Positions 1-8,669 of a stretch of DNA of 54,141 bases are shown here, piece after piece (position 1 is the stretch's first letter; the number at the start of each line of letters is the position of its first letter). A model generated the notes under the pieces. The model did no database searches. It was given only the letters and a program-made list of their open reading frames with translations, and had not been told where the DNA came from. Origin of the DNA: Bacteroidota bacterium (lineage in GTDB: Bacteria; Bacteroidota; Bacteroidia; Chitinophagales; Chitinophagaceae); NCBI GenBank assembly GCA_023411775.1, contig JAEYOL010000040.1, positions 1 through 54,141 of the forward strand. The letters are read 5' to 3'. The translations under genes were made by a program, and so were the position numbers.

Positions 1-44
1 CAGAACCACAATCTGATGCTCTAACCAACTGAGCTATAGCCACC
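1..44 (-). tRNA. tRNA-His(GTG), 5' part only (3' half lies beyond the window start)
   Basis: Reverse complement reads GGTGGCTATAGCTCAGTTGGTTAGAGCATCAGATTGTGGTTCTG, showing the G-1 start typical of tRNA-His, a D-arm and the anticodon loop TTGTGGT. Confidence 0.95.
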
Positions 45-57
45 ATTTTTTGCGCTG

Positions 58-65
58 CAAAAATA
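58..65 (-). promoter_or_regulatory. Bacteroidota sigma-A -7 box (TATTTTTG) for tRNA-His
   Basis: Matches TAnnTTTG on the minus strand 13 nt upstream of the tRNA 5' end. Confidence 0.6.
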
Positions 66-119
66 GGTAAAAAGAGGAAGTAAAAAAATAAGTTATACAG
101 TATGTAAGTAACTCATTTT

Positions 120-193
120 GCCGGGAAGGCGGGAAGAAAGGAAGGACAGGCTGTCAATCATTTTGAACCTCCCCGTCTCCCCGTCTTCCCGGC
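120..193. repeat. REP-like palindromic element built from 8-nt CGGKRAGR units
   Basis: GCCGGGAAGGCGGGAAGA...CCCCGTCTCCCCGTCTTCCCGGC. The same arms occur at 20432, 20600, 20766 and 21460. Confidence 0.75.
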
Positions 194-324
194 TATTTCA
201 GTTATCAGAACAAGCGGGTTTTCCGCTTATCAAAAACCCTTGTTAAAAGCCCTTAAAAGCACTAAAAGCTCTGAATTTGCGTTAATTTTGGAATATGCTT
301 CAGGCATTAAAATATTTATCGAAT

Positions 325-2475
325 ATGAAGAGACTTCCGATCGTGATCCTGATGATTATCGCGGGATCTTTCCTGGCATTCCAAACTATGGGAACAGGCC
401 ATAAGAATCCCCCTAACAAATATGAAGAGATACTAAGACTGGTTGGCCAAATGCTATCACAGGCTCATTTCAGTCCACAGGATATTAACGATGATTTTTC
501 GAAGAAGATCTTCAATCGTTATATCACCGATCTCGACCCTGAGAAGAACATGTTCCTCGCAAGTGATATCGAATCTTTAAAGAAAAGGTTTGAAACAAGG
601 ATCGATGATGAGATAAAAGGCGCCCCGGTTGAGTTTTTTCTCGCTGCAGGTAAGGTCTTCAATACCCGTATGGAAGAGGCGGCAACTGTAGTACATGAAA
701 TAATTGCAAAGCCATTTGATTTTAGCATTGATGAGGAAGTGATCCTGGATGGTGATAAACTTGAACTTGCCGGCTCAACAGCAGAGATCAGGGAGCGTTG
801 GAGAAAGAAGCTGAAGTTTATGACCCTGGAACGTTATGCCGACCTGCTCGACACGCGTGATAAAAACAAAGGGAAAGAGGGCTTTGTCGTAAAAACAGAC
901 GCAGAGCTGGAGAAAGAAGCCCGGGAGAAAGTAGTAAAAATAATGGACCGCCTGTTTGAGCGTTTTCGTTTGAAGTTTAATGACGATGATAAATTCAACG
1001 TATTTGTGAATGCCATCACCAATACTATGGATCCGCACACTGAATTTTTCCCGCCAGTTGATAAAAGATATTTTGATGAAGAGATGAGCGGTCGCTTTTT
1101 TGGGATAGGTGCGCAATTACAATACGATGAAGGAAATATCAAGGTGACCAGCATTGTGGCTGGTGCACCAGCATGGAAATCGGGCGAGTTAAAGCCTGGC
1201 GACCTGATCCAGAAAGTGGCGCAGGGTAAAGAAGAACCGGTAGATCTTACAGGTTATTCTGTTACAGATGCCGTAAAACTGATACGCGGAAAGAAGGGTA
1301 CCGAGGTGAGATTGACAGTGAAGAAAGCCGATGGCTCGTTAAAAGTTGTTTCCCTGGTACGTGATGAAATTGTACAGGATGAAACATTTGCCCGTAGCGC
1401 AATCGTAAAATCTGATAATGCCAAGGTTGGCTATATATTCCTGCCGGAATTCTATGCAGATTTCGAAAACCCAAATGGCAACCGCAGCTACCTGGACGTG
1501 CAAAAAGAAGTGATCAAGTTGAAAGAGCAGGATGTGGACGGCATTGTGATCGACCTGCGTAACAATGGTGGCGGGTCACTTTACGATGTAGTACAAATGG
1601 CTGGGTTGTTTATTGAAGATGGCCCGATCGTACAGGTGAAAGCCAGGGAAGACAAACCTACCGTGCTTCGGGATAAAGATAAATCTGTGCTTTATTCAGG
1701 TCCGCTGGCCGTAATGGTCAATGAATTCAGCGCTTCGGCTTCTGAAATATTCGCCGCGGCAATCCAGGATTATGGTCGTGGAGTGGTGATAGGAAGTACG
1801 TCTACTTATGGTAAGGGTACAGTACAGCGCAATATCGGGCTCGATCCTGAAACAGGGTTCTCAATGTCAAATTCTGACCTGGGTACTGTAAAACTCACCC
1901 TGCAGAAGTTTTATCGGATCAATGGTGGGTCCACCCAGCTTCGTGGTGTAACTTCCGATATAGTATTGCCCGATCAGCTCGAGCATTTGAAAGTAAGGGA
2001 AAAAGACAATCCTGATGCTTTACCCTGGGATGAGATCAACAAATCGCCTTATTCCTCCTGGAATGCGGGATATGATCTTAAAGTGATCCAACAGCTGAGC
2101 AACCAGCGCCTGGAGAATGACCCCACTTTCAAACTGATCAAAGAAAATACAGAGTGGCTGGCTAGTCAGAATAATAAGAAATATTCGCTGCAGCTTGATA
2201 AATATCGCAAGGATCAAAAGCAGATCCGCTCCACATTTGCGCAGAACGAATCGCTGATGAAACTGAAAAACGAAAACAATATTACCCCTCTGCCTGGAGA
2301 AGTTAATCGCTGGGCCGACGATAAGAATAAGCAGGACAGATTTAACCAATGGTTGAGCAACCTGCGCAAGGACATCTATCTTGACCAGGCGGTGAAAGTG
2401 ATGAATGATGTGATCAGCCAGCAAAACCTGGTAAAAGCAAAAGCGAAAGAAGAGCAGCCAAAAAAAGCTTTTTAA
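325..2475 (+). CDS. prc: Carboxy-terminal processing protease (S41, Tsp/Prc type)
   Basis: Signal peptide from MKRLP (325), PDZ GIGA motif, DLRNNGGG, catalytic SASASE and GKGTVQ, long C-terminal extension. The ORF track start at 295 is probably too early. Confidence 0.92.
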   Translation: MKRLPIVILMIIAGSFLAFQTMGTGHKNPPNKYEEILRLVGQMLSQAHFSPQDINDDFSKKIFNRYITDLDPEKNMFLASDIESLKKRFETRIDDEIKGAPVEFFLAAGKVFNTRMEEAATVVHEIIAKPFDFSIDEEVILDGDKLELAGSTAEIRERWRKKLKFMTLERYADLLDTRDKNKGKEGFVVKTDAELEKEAREKVVKIMDRLFERFRLKFNDDDKFNVFVNAITNTMDPHTEFFPPVDKRYFDEEMSGRFFGIGAQLQYDEGNIKVTSIVAGAPAWKSGELKPGDLIQKVAQGKEEPVDLTGYSVTDAVKLIRGKKGTEVRLTVKKADGSLKVVSLVRDEIVQDETFARSAIVKSDNAKVGYIFLPEFYADFENPNGNRSYLDVQKEVIKLKEQDVDGIVIDLRNNGGGSLYDVVQMAGLFIEDGPIVQVKAREDKPTVLRDKDKSVLYSGPLAVMVNEFSASASEIFAAAIQDYGRGVVIGSTSTYGKGTVQRNIGLDPETGFSMSNSDLGTVKLTLQKFYRINGGSTQLRGVTSDIVLPDQLEHLKVREKDNPDALPWDEINKSPYSSWNAGYDLKVIQQLSNQRLENDPTFKLIKENTEWLASQNNKKYSLQLDKYRKDQKQIRSTFAQNESLMKLKNENNITPLPGEVNRWADDKNKQDRFNQWLSNLRKDIYLDQAVKVMNDVISQQNLVKAKAKEEQPKKAF

Positions 2476-2503
2476 GAATCAAAAGTATCTGAGGTTAATT
2501 AAG

Positions 2504-2529
2504 TCGCCAGGCAATTGCCTGGCGATTTT
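2504..2529. terminator. Probable bidirectional intrinsic terminator
   Basis: Perfect 22-bp palindrome TCGCCAGGCAATTGCCTGGCGA followed by TTTT, between convergent genes. Confidence 0.75.
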
Positions 2530-2583
2530 GTTTTCAAGATTACAACAACAATCAGCCTGTATGCAGCCGGCTGATACTTATGT

Positions 2584-3312
2584 TTACCGGGCATTGATTT
2601 GAACTGGCCTGTACAGCAGGCCTGCAAAAAATCCATTGCCATCGTATGAGGGGTTTCGTTGAATGCCTGCCAGGTTGCCATTGGAAAGGTGAAAATGTCT
2701 TAATCCAGATTGCAGTGAAACTGTTTTGTTGATTTTTATTTCCACACCAATACCGTATTTGGTGGTGAAATTAAATCGTGTTCCGATCCTGGCGGTGTCG
2801 GACTCCCAGCCGGTCCCGCTCATTGGGAATTTATCAAAGCTATAGGAAGCGCCTGCTCCATATTCAAAAAAGATCTTAGCCTTTTTGAAAGCAAAAGGAT
2901 ACCATCTTGCAAAGGGACGGAAACCAAAACCTAAAGTGTTATTGATCTTATCGCTGAAGTGAAACAGGTTCCATCCCAGGCCGGCTGATATCCATTTTCG
3001 CAGGTTGATCATTATCCCGACCTCATTTTGCAGTGAGTTAGTGTAAGGAAATTTATAGCTAAAAGAATATCCGGCTTCCTGGTAAAATGTTACTTGCTGT
3101 TGTAAAGATGAATCTTTTTTTGTGAGAAGCAGGCAGGCGGCCATCCCTGCAGATCCCCAGACGAAACCAAAAGCAGAAGAAAGTTCCAGGGGTTTCATTC
3201 CCAGCGGATCCTGGTACCATTTAGTCAGTGGGGGGTAGAGCGACTGGCTACTGGACTCGTGGTGTTGCATAAGCAGGATAACAGTGAAACAGGGTAGTAA
3301 AACTATCCGCAT
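2584..3312 (-). CDS. Acyloxyacyl hydrolase / PagL-like lipid A deacylase family outer-membrane beta-barrel
   Basis: C-terminal RHFHLSNGN...NP motif typical of the PagL family, aromatic beta-strand pattern, and a signal-like MRIVLLPCF start at 3312 (alternative ATG at 3333). Confidence 0.7.
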   Translation of the reverse strand: MRIVLLPCFTVILLMQHHESSSQSLYPPLTKWYQDPLGMKPLELSSAFGFVWGSAGMAACLLLTKKDSSLQQQVTFYQEAGYSFSYKFPYTNSLQNEVGIMINLRKWISAGLGWNLFHFSDKINNTLGFGFRPFARWYPFAFKKAKIFFEYGAGASYSFDKFPMSGTGWESDTARIGTRFNFTTKYGIGVEIKINKTVSLQSGLRHFHLSNGNLAGIQRNPSYDGNGFFAGLLYRPVQINAR

Positions 3313-3334
3313 ATAGTTCGCTGATACATACATA

Positions 3335-4134
3335 CTATTTTTTTTCGTGGTGGCCCTGAATGTCACGCCAAATGAAAAATTATACTTTGAGCGATGCAGT
3401 TCAGGGTTTGTCAGGCCAGCGGCATAGTTATATTGTACATTGAACATTACATTTTCCCAGCCGGCCCGAAACAACACGGTAGGCTCCCACATAATTTGAA
3501 AAGGCTTATCATAAAGGCTTTTTAATTGATGGGCGCTGAACTGTTCGACGCCTGTATCAAATGATGTATTGGTTACTTTTAGATTCACTCCGGTAAATCT
3601 GCCGCAAAAACAAACTGGACGGACTTTTTTTCATTGCTGGCGGCGATGGCGGGTTGCAAAAAAAAGTGAGTGGATTTGATTTTTGAGCGGCCGGTAAAGT
3701 GGTCGTTTTTAATTTTTCCAGTGCCCAGACCCGCGTAAGTTTCAAAATGCCATGTTTTGTCAATGTTTTTAATGTAGCCAATCATGGCTTCATAGCGACT
3801 GTAATTCATGTTTTGAGCGATGCTTATATCACTTGAGCCTATGGAACCACTTGCACCTATCGCAAAATTTTTACTGGTCATATAGGCCAGTTGTGTTTCT
3901 AAACCCACAAAATATTTTCCCGAGGCCCTCATCACATTGATATTAATATCTCCCTTTTCATAAAGTAATGGCAAAATGCGGCGCCGCAGGTACATAGTAT
4001 GTGTTTTTTCTTTGGGTTTCCACGGGCACATTATATTGATCAGGAAACGTACTACCGGGCACACATGATGTTAGCGTCATGCAGCAAATGCCGGATAACA
4101 ACCCAGCAAGTTGAAGGAGGAGACCTTTTTTCAT
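3335..4134 (-). pseudogene. Frameshifted outer-membrane lipoprotein gene (about 266 aa if repaired)
   Basis: ATG at 4134 gives MKKGLLLQLAGLLSGICCMTLTSC (lipobox LTSC). The frame shifts at an A4 run (3973-3976) into ORF 3585-4064 (LPLLYEKGD...) and back at an A5 run (3606-3610). The natural TAG (3335-3337) is out of frame by one base after a T8 run (3338-3345). Confidence 0.7.
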
Positions 4135-4281
4135 AGTAATAGTTTAAGCGTGAATTATTTCAGCTTATGGAAACTGACTTGTAACTCAAACTTAAACCAG
4201 TGATTACGCGGGGTATAATTGAATTTTGCAAATGTATCCTCCTGATTTGCAATTTTCATTTGCTGGAGGGTTTTTAGCAGC

Positions 4282-4393
4282 AGGATACCAGATACCAGAT
4301 ACCAGATACCCATGCTAGATTCTAGATACCCTGGATTTCATTATTATCTACTGGTCTCAAGACACCAGTATCCAATATCCGACATCCAGCATC
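4282..4393. repeat. Degenerate 7-nt tandem repeats (GATACCA)n and (GTATCCA)n
   Basis: GATACCA-GATACCA-GATACCA-GATACCC..., then GTATCCA-ATATCCG-ACATCCA. Confidence 0.75.
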
Positions 4394-4408
4394 AATCAGT
4401 AACCCTGT

Positions 4409-4915
4409 CTACAGGTATCTTTCTTTCAAAATCTTCTGATGATGCATGGCATGGCCTAGGAGGATAAAGCCGAGGCCCAGCACATAGTTTGGTGCATTTG
4501 AGGAAATGCCATCGGATTGCAGCTGGTCTTCATCAAAAGAAAGGAAAAGCAATTCTGATGATCTTCTGACAACTTTAAATTCTTCCACCATTTTGTCCCA
4601 GCTTCTTGAAGCAGCATTTGCATTTGCAGCAAAAGCGTTTTCATCAAACCCGGGCAACGGGGTTTTATCCTTACGGGCAAAACGTAAAGCCCGGTAAGCA
4701 AAGACTCTTTCCGCATCGATCACGTGTTGCAAAACTTCTTTGATGGTCCATTTGTCGTCGCCATAGCGATAATCATACTTGTCATTGGGTATCGCGTCCA
4801 GGAACCGAACGAAGGAAGCGCTTTGCTTATCAAAAGCTTCAGCCAGGTCGTCTTCGGGCACATGGTTGATATAGCCGTGGAAATTGCTGGAAACGCGGGA
4901 GAGATCGGGGCGCAT
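4409..4915 (-). CDS. DinB family protein
   Basis: KWTIKEVLQHVIDAERVF and GHAMHH metal-binding His pattern. Confidence 0.85.
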   Translation of the reverse strand: MRPDLSRVSSNFHGYINHVPEDDLAEAFDKQSASFVRFLDAIPNDKYDYRYGDDKWTIKEVLQHVIDAERVFAYRALRFARKDKTPLPGFDENAFAANANAASRSWDKMVEEFKVVRRSSELLFLSFDEDQLQSDGISSNAPNYVLGLGFILLGHAMHHQKILKERYL

Positions 4916-4931
4916 AGATTTTGGGTTTGGT

Positions 4932-4966
4932 TTGGATACATGATGCCGGATACTGGATACTCGATA
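4932..4966. repeat. 7-nt tandem repeats (GATACTG)n
   Basis: GGATACATGATGCCGGATACTGGATACTCGATA, inverted relative to 4362-4393. Confidence 0.6.
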
Positions 4967-5072
4967 AAGATAAAGAGAAACCCGGTGATGGGGTAAGATG
5001 GGTTACCTTGACACCGGGTTTTTCAAAACTTATCGTTATGGTCGTTCCTGTCTGAACAATCACATATATTCC

Positions 5073-6749
5073 TTAGCTTTTTACTTTAGGTTTTACTTTA
5101 GACTTAACAGGTTTCTTCACCGGCTTTTTGGACTCTGCAGATAGGGTAGAGGCCAGTTTGATCGCTTCGTATGCGTTCGCCAGTCCTCCAGTCCTGCTGA
5201 GATCAGAAAGATTGACCATCTCGCCAGTGCCCGGATCCTTGACCTTCAGCCCTGGAGACTGTGCCGATTTTTCGATCACCATCTTTACCTGGTCGGGGGT
5301 TAAGTTCGGGTAGTATTGCAGGATAAAAGCAGCCAGGCCGGCAACGACCGGAGCGGCCATACTGGTACCCTGCAGGTTTTGGTAAGTGTTGCCACCCGGA
5401 ACGGTAGAATAGATCCTTACTCCCGGAGCAAACACATCCACTTCGTTCTTGCCATAATTGGAGAATGCAGCCGTGAGGCCACCAGCTTTAGGATCGCCAC
5501 TTGCGCCAACTGTGATCCAGTTGGGAGCCCTGCTGCTGTCTATAAATACAGGTGTAGGGAAATTATAAGTAGAGTCCAGGTTCTGCCGGCTGTTACCTGC
5601 GGCATGTACCAACAGTACACCTTTGCTTTGAGCATATTTCACAGCCTCATCCACCCAATGCTTTTCGGGTGATACGCCCTTACCAAAACTCATGTTGATC
5701 ACCTTTGCTCCATTATCCACTGCGTAACGAATAGCCAGTGCTATATCCTTATCGTGTTCATCACCATCCGGAACCGCACGTATAGTCATAATGCGTACAT
5801 TATCTGCCACACCATCCATACCTACGCCATTGTTCCTTACCGCACCAATAATACCCGACACGTGAGTACCATGAAGTGCAGCTGAGTTGCTCACCATGAC
5901 GTTATTATTGCCATAGAACCTGTCGTTAAAATCGTAATAGTTATCCTGTACGATCTCGTTGCGATATTCTTTCGGAGCCCTGTCAACAGTTTCGAATTTG
6001 ATGATATCACCTTCCAGTTCATCGAGTATCATTTTATTGGAAATATCGTCGTTGTCATTGCCCTTGCAAATGCTATTCAGGATGGCTTTTACACGGCGGG
6101 GCTGATCAGATGTGGGAGAGTACTCTGCAAGGTCCTTGCAGTTGTATTCTTCTTTGCCAATATCACGGCGGATGATGGAATCTCCTAATTTCAATTCCTT
6201 GTACATACGTTTTACCTGCACTACTTCGAGGGGGTTGATATCACCCACAACGTCAAATTTGGCTTTGAGCCACATTTTGTATTCACGTGTCTCATCCGCC
6301 GAAAGCGTACCGGTCGCCATATCCTTTTCTTCCCACTTGCTTTTCAAACGGTGGTACACGCGGGCAGCCTCATAAGAATCTTTTTCTACGTTGCGACCAT
6401 CACGTCCTCCCAGGAAGTTCCAGCCGTAAACATCATCCACATAACCGTTGTTGTCGTCATCGATACCGTTACCGGGAATTTCTTTAGGATTGCGCCAGAG
6501 AATGGGCTTCAGGTCTTCGTGGAGTGTATCCACACCCGAATCGATCACCGCGACTATAACCGGGGTGCTTTTCAAATTTTTCGATTTCACAAAGTCGTAG
6601 GCCTTATCGATGCTGATGCCAAAATAGCCGCTGTCCTTCGCGTCCATCAGGTGCCAGCCTTTGGGCACTTCTTTTCTTTGGGCAAAAGCACCCAATCCTA
6701 ATGATATAGTGGTGATTATCAAAAGGGTACGTTTCATCAATCGCTTCAT
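5073..6749 (-). CDS. Secreted S8 (subtilisin-like) serine peptidase
   Basis: Signal peptide and catalytic triad motifs VAVIDSG, HGTHVSG, GTSMAAP. Alternative start at 6737. Confidence 0.93.
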   Translation of the reverse strand: MKRLMKRTLLIITTISLGLGAFAQRKEVPKGWHLMDAKDSGYFGISIDKAYDFVKSKNLKSTPVIVAVIDSGVDTLHEDLKPILWRNPKEIPGNGIDDDNNGYVDDVYGWNFLGGRDGRNVEKDSYEAARVYHRLKSKWEEKDMATGTLSADETREYKMWLKAKFDVVGDINPLEVVQVKRMYKELKLGDSIIRRDIGKEEYNCKDLAEYSPTSDQPRRVKAILNSICKGNDNDDISNKMILDELEGDIIKFETVDRAPKEYRNEIVQDNYYDFNDRFYGNNNVMVSNSAALHGTHVSGIIGAVRNNGVGMDGVADNVRIMTIRAVPDGDEHDKDIALAIRYAVDNGAKVINMSFGKGVSPEKHWVDEAVKYAQSKGVLLVHAAGNSRQNLDSTYNFPTPVFIDSSRAPNWITVGASGDPKAGGLTAAFSNYGKNEVDVFAPGVRIYSTVPGGNTYQNLQGTSMAAPVVAGLAAFILQYYPNLTPDQVKMVIEKSAQSPGLKVKDPGTGEMVNLSDLSRTGGLANAYEAIKLASTLSAESKKPVKKPVKSKVKPKVKS

Positions 6750-6824
6750 TATGTGCAGTATTTAATTTACAAAATTGAATAAAGTCGCGAAATTATCGCT
6801 TACCATTCATACTATTTCATATTC

Positions 6825-6859
6825 AAAAACCCTGCAACTCGCGGGAATTGCAGGGTTTT
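6825..6859 (-). terminator. Intrinsic terminator after the OmpA-family gene
   Basis: AAAACCCTGCAA...TTGCAGGGTTTT inverted repeat with flanking A/T runs. Confidence 0.7.
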
Positions 6860-6882
6860 GGCAGATCTAAGACGGTAATTCG

Positions 6883-8427
6883 TCAATATTGGTTGGATAG
6901 CTCCAGCTCAACGCGACGGTTTTTAGCGCGATCTTCTGGCGTTTTTCCGTCGTTAAGGGGCTTATCGGGCCCAAAACCGACAGCCGTCACGCGACCGGCC
7001 TCAATCCACTTCGAAAGAAGATAATCCCTTACCGAATTAGCTCTTTTTTCAGACAAACGCATATTGGCCTCGTATGTGCCATCTCTGCTGGTATGACCTT
7101 CCACGGTCACTTTGATCTCGGGATGAGCTTTCAGGACTGCAGCCACTTCATCCAGAACTTTATAGGATGATGGTGTGAGATCGGCGCTGTTGACCTTAAA
7201 CTGTATACGTTTGGCAGCATAATCTACTTTCTCCACAATCTCCTTTTTGATCTCTTCCGGACAGCCGTTTCTTTCCTTCAAACCTTTCACCGTGGGACAT
7301 TTATCTTCTTCATCATTAACTCCATCTCCGTCCGTATCGGGAACGGGGCAACCGTTGTATCTCTCCACACCAACAATATCGGGGCATTTATCGTCTTTGT
7401 CGACTACACCATCCTTGTCGGTGTCGGGGTAAGGGCAACCATTATTTTCAAGTGGTCCGGGTATAGTTGGACACTGGTCGATCTTATCCATTAGTCCGTC
7501 TTTGTCAGTATCAGGATAGGGGCATCCGGCATTATCGGCTGCGCCAGGCACACCTGGGCATTTATCATCCGGATCAGGCGTACCGTCTTTATCTGTATCG
7601 GGGCAACCCAGTAGTTCGACCTGACCAGCAATATCCGGGCATTTATCATTTTTATCAGGAGTACCATCGCCATCCCTGTCTTTCGGTGTCAATTGAACTG
7701 ATTTACCAAGATAAATTCCAAGGCTGGCGCCCATGATCTCGTGTTTATAATTGGTGGCTATGTAGTCAGCAGGCTCATAAAAATCCTTTAGCCCACGGCT
7801 ATAATTTGCCGTCAGAAATACACGGCCAAATTCGAAGCCAGCAAGTCCGTTGACACCATAATCGAGGGTCGAGTATTTACCAAGGCCCTTGCCTACAGGC
7901 AGGTCTTTGTTTTCTTCGGTATTGAGACTTACATCCACTACGGTCATGTCTTTTCGCTCAAAACCGTTGTAGAAAAATGAAACGTAAGGCCCGCCACCAA
8001 GTATGAAATGTGTTTTCTTGCCCAGCCTGAGTTTGTACACCAGGTTCAGGGGCATATCAATGTAGTTCAGAAATTGTTTCCTGTTTTCAAGGAAATAGGT
8101 ATTGACTGTAGAATCAGGTAGTAGGGGGCGGGTAAACGTAACGGTCGAATCTTTCAGGGTGGACTGGTATTTTCTTCCCTTGGTATAGAAAAGCACACCC
8201 GGCTGAAAATAAAAATTGGAGCGTTCCGACAGCCTGAGATCGGCCATAAAACCCACGTGGACACCGGTACGGCCGGAAAAATTATTTTGCAGCGTATCCC
8301 ATCCTGGCAGGTTATTATCCTCCAAAATTTTCGATTGGTGTCCACCACCAACGATCGCGATTCTTAGTTGAGATCGGGAAATAAAGACGCAAAGACAAAA
8401 CAACACAAGGAGCGGGATCCTTTTCAT
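6883..8427 (-). CDS. OmpA-family protein: N-terminal beta-barrel, 5 thrombospondin type-3-like Ca-binding repeats, OmpA C-terminal domain
   Basis: Five DxDxDGxxDxxDxCP repeats and a C-terminal VEGHT...N..LSEKRA..V...NRRVE pattern. Confidence 0.9.
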   Translation of the reverse strand: MKRIPLLVLFCLCVFISRSQLRIAIVGGGHQSKILEDNNLPGWDTLQNNFSGRTGVHVGFMADLRLSERSNFYFQPGVLFYTKGRKYQSTLKDSTVTFTRPLLPDSTVNTYFLENRKQFLNYIDMPLNLVYKLRLGKKTHFILGGGPYVSFFYNGFERKDMTVVDVSLNTEENKDLPVGKGLGKYSTLDYGVNGLAGFEFGRVFLTANYSRGLKDFYEPADYIATNYKHEIMGASLGIYLGKSVQLTPKDRDGDGTPDKNDKCPDIAGQVELLGCPDTDKDGTPDPDDKCPGVPGAADNAGCPYPDTDKDGLMDKIDQCPTIPGPLENNGCPYPDTDKDGVVDKDDKCPDIVGVERYNGCPVPDTDGDGVNDEEDKCPTVKGLKERNGCPEEIKKEIVEKVDYAAKRIQFKVNSADLTPSSYKVLDEVAAVLKAHPEIKVTVEGHTSRDGTYEANMRLSEKRANSVRDYLLSKWIEAGRVTAVGFGPDKPLNDGKTPEDRAKNRRVELELSNQY

Positions 8428-8511
8428 GGATAGCAGTTAGGGTTGAAGGATATTGTTTGGTTGTAAAAATTACAAATATTTTGCAGTTATCAAAGTGTAC
8501 AACGTGTTCTG

Positions 8512-8580
8512 GCTGGTGAGACGGGGAGACGGGAAGAATTTATTTTCAATAAATCCTTTCCCTCTCATCATCTTCTTCAA
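8512..8580. repeat. Degenerate copy of the CGGKRAGR REP-like element
   Basis: Left arm GCTGGTGAGACGGGGAGACGGGAAGAAT is intact and the right arm is decayed. Confidence 0.5.
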
Positions 8581-8669
8581 AAGGAGCACTTTGGGAGATC
8601 ATTTCAATTTGACTGCCCGTCAAAGTGCATCACTGTTCAGTATCAACGATATATTTGTCTTTCTAGTAT

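Noticed and set aside
2584..3588. The 334-aa ORF as a single native gene
   Set aside because: Its first ~85 codons continue the upstream frameshifted lipoprotein gene, and a signal-like sequence appears internally at 3312.
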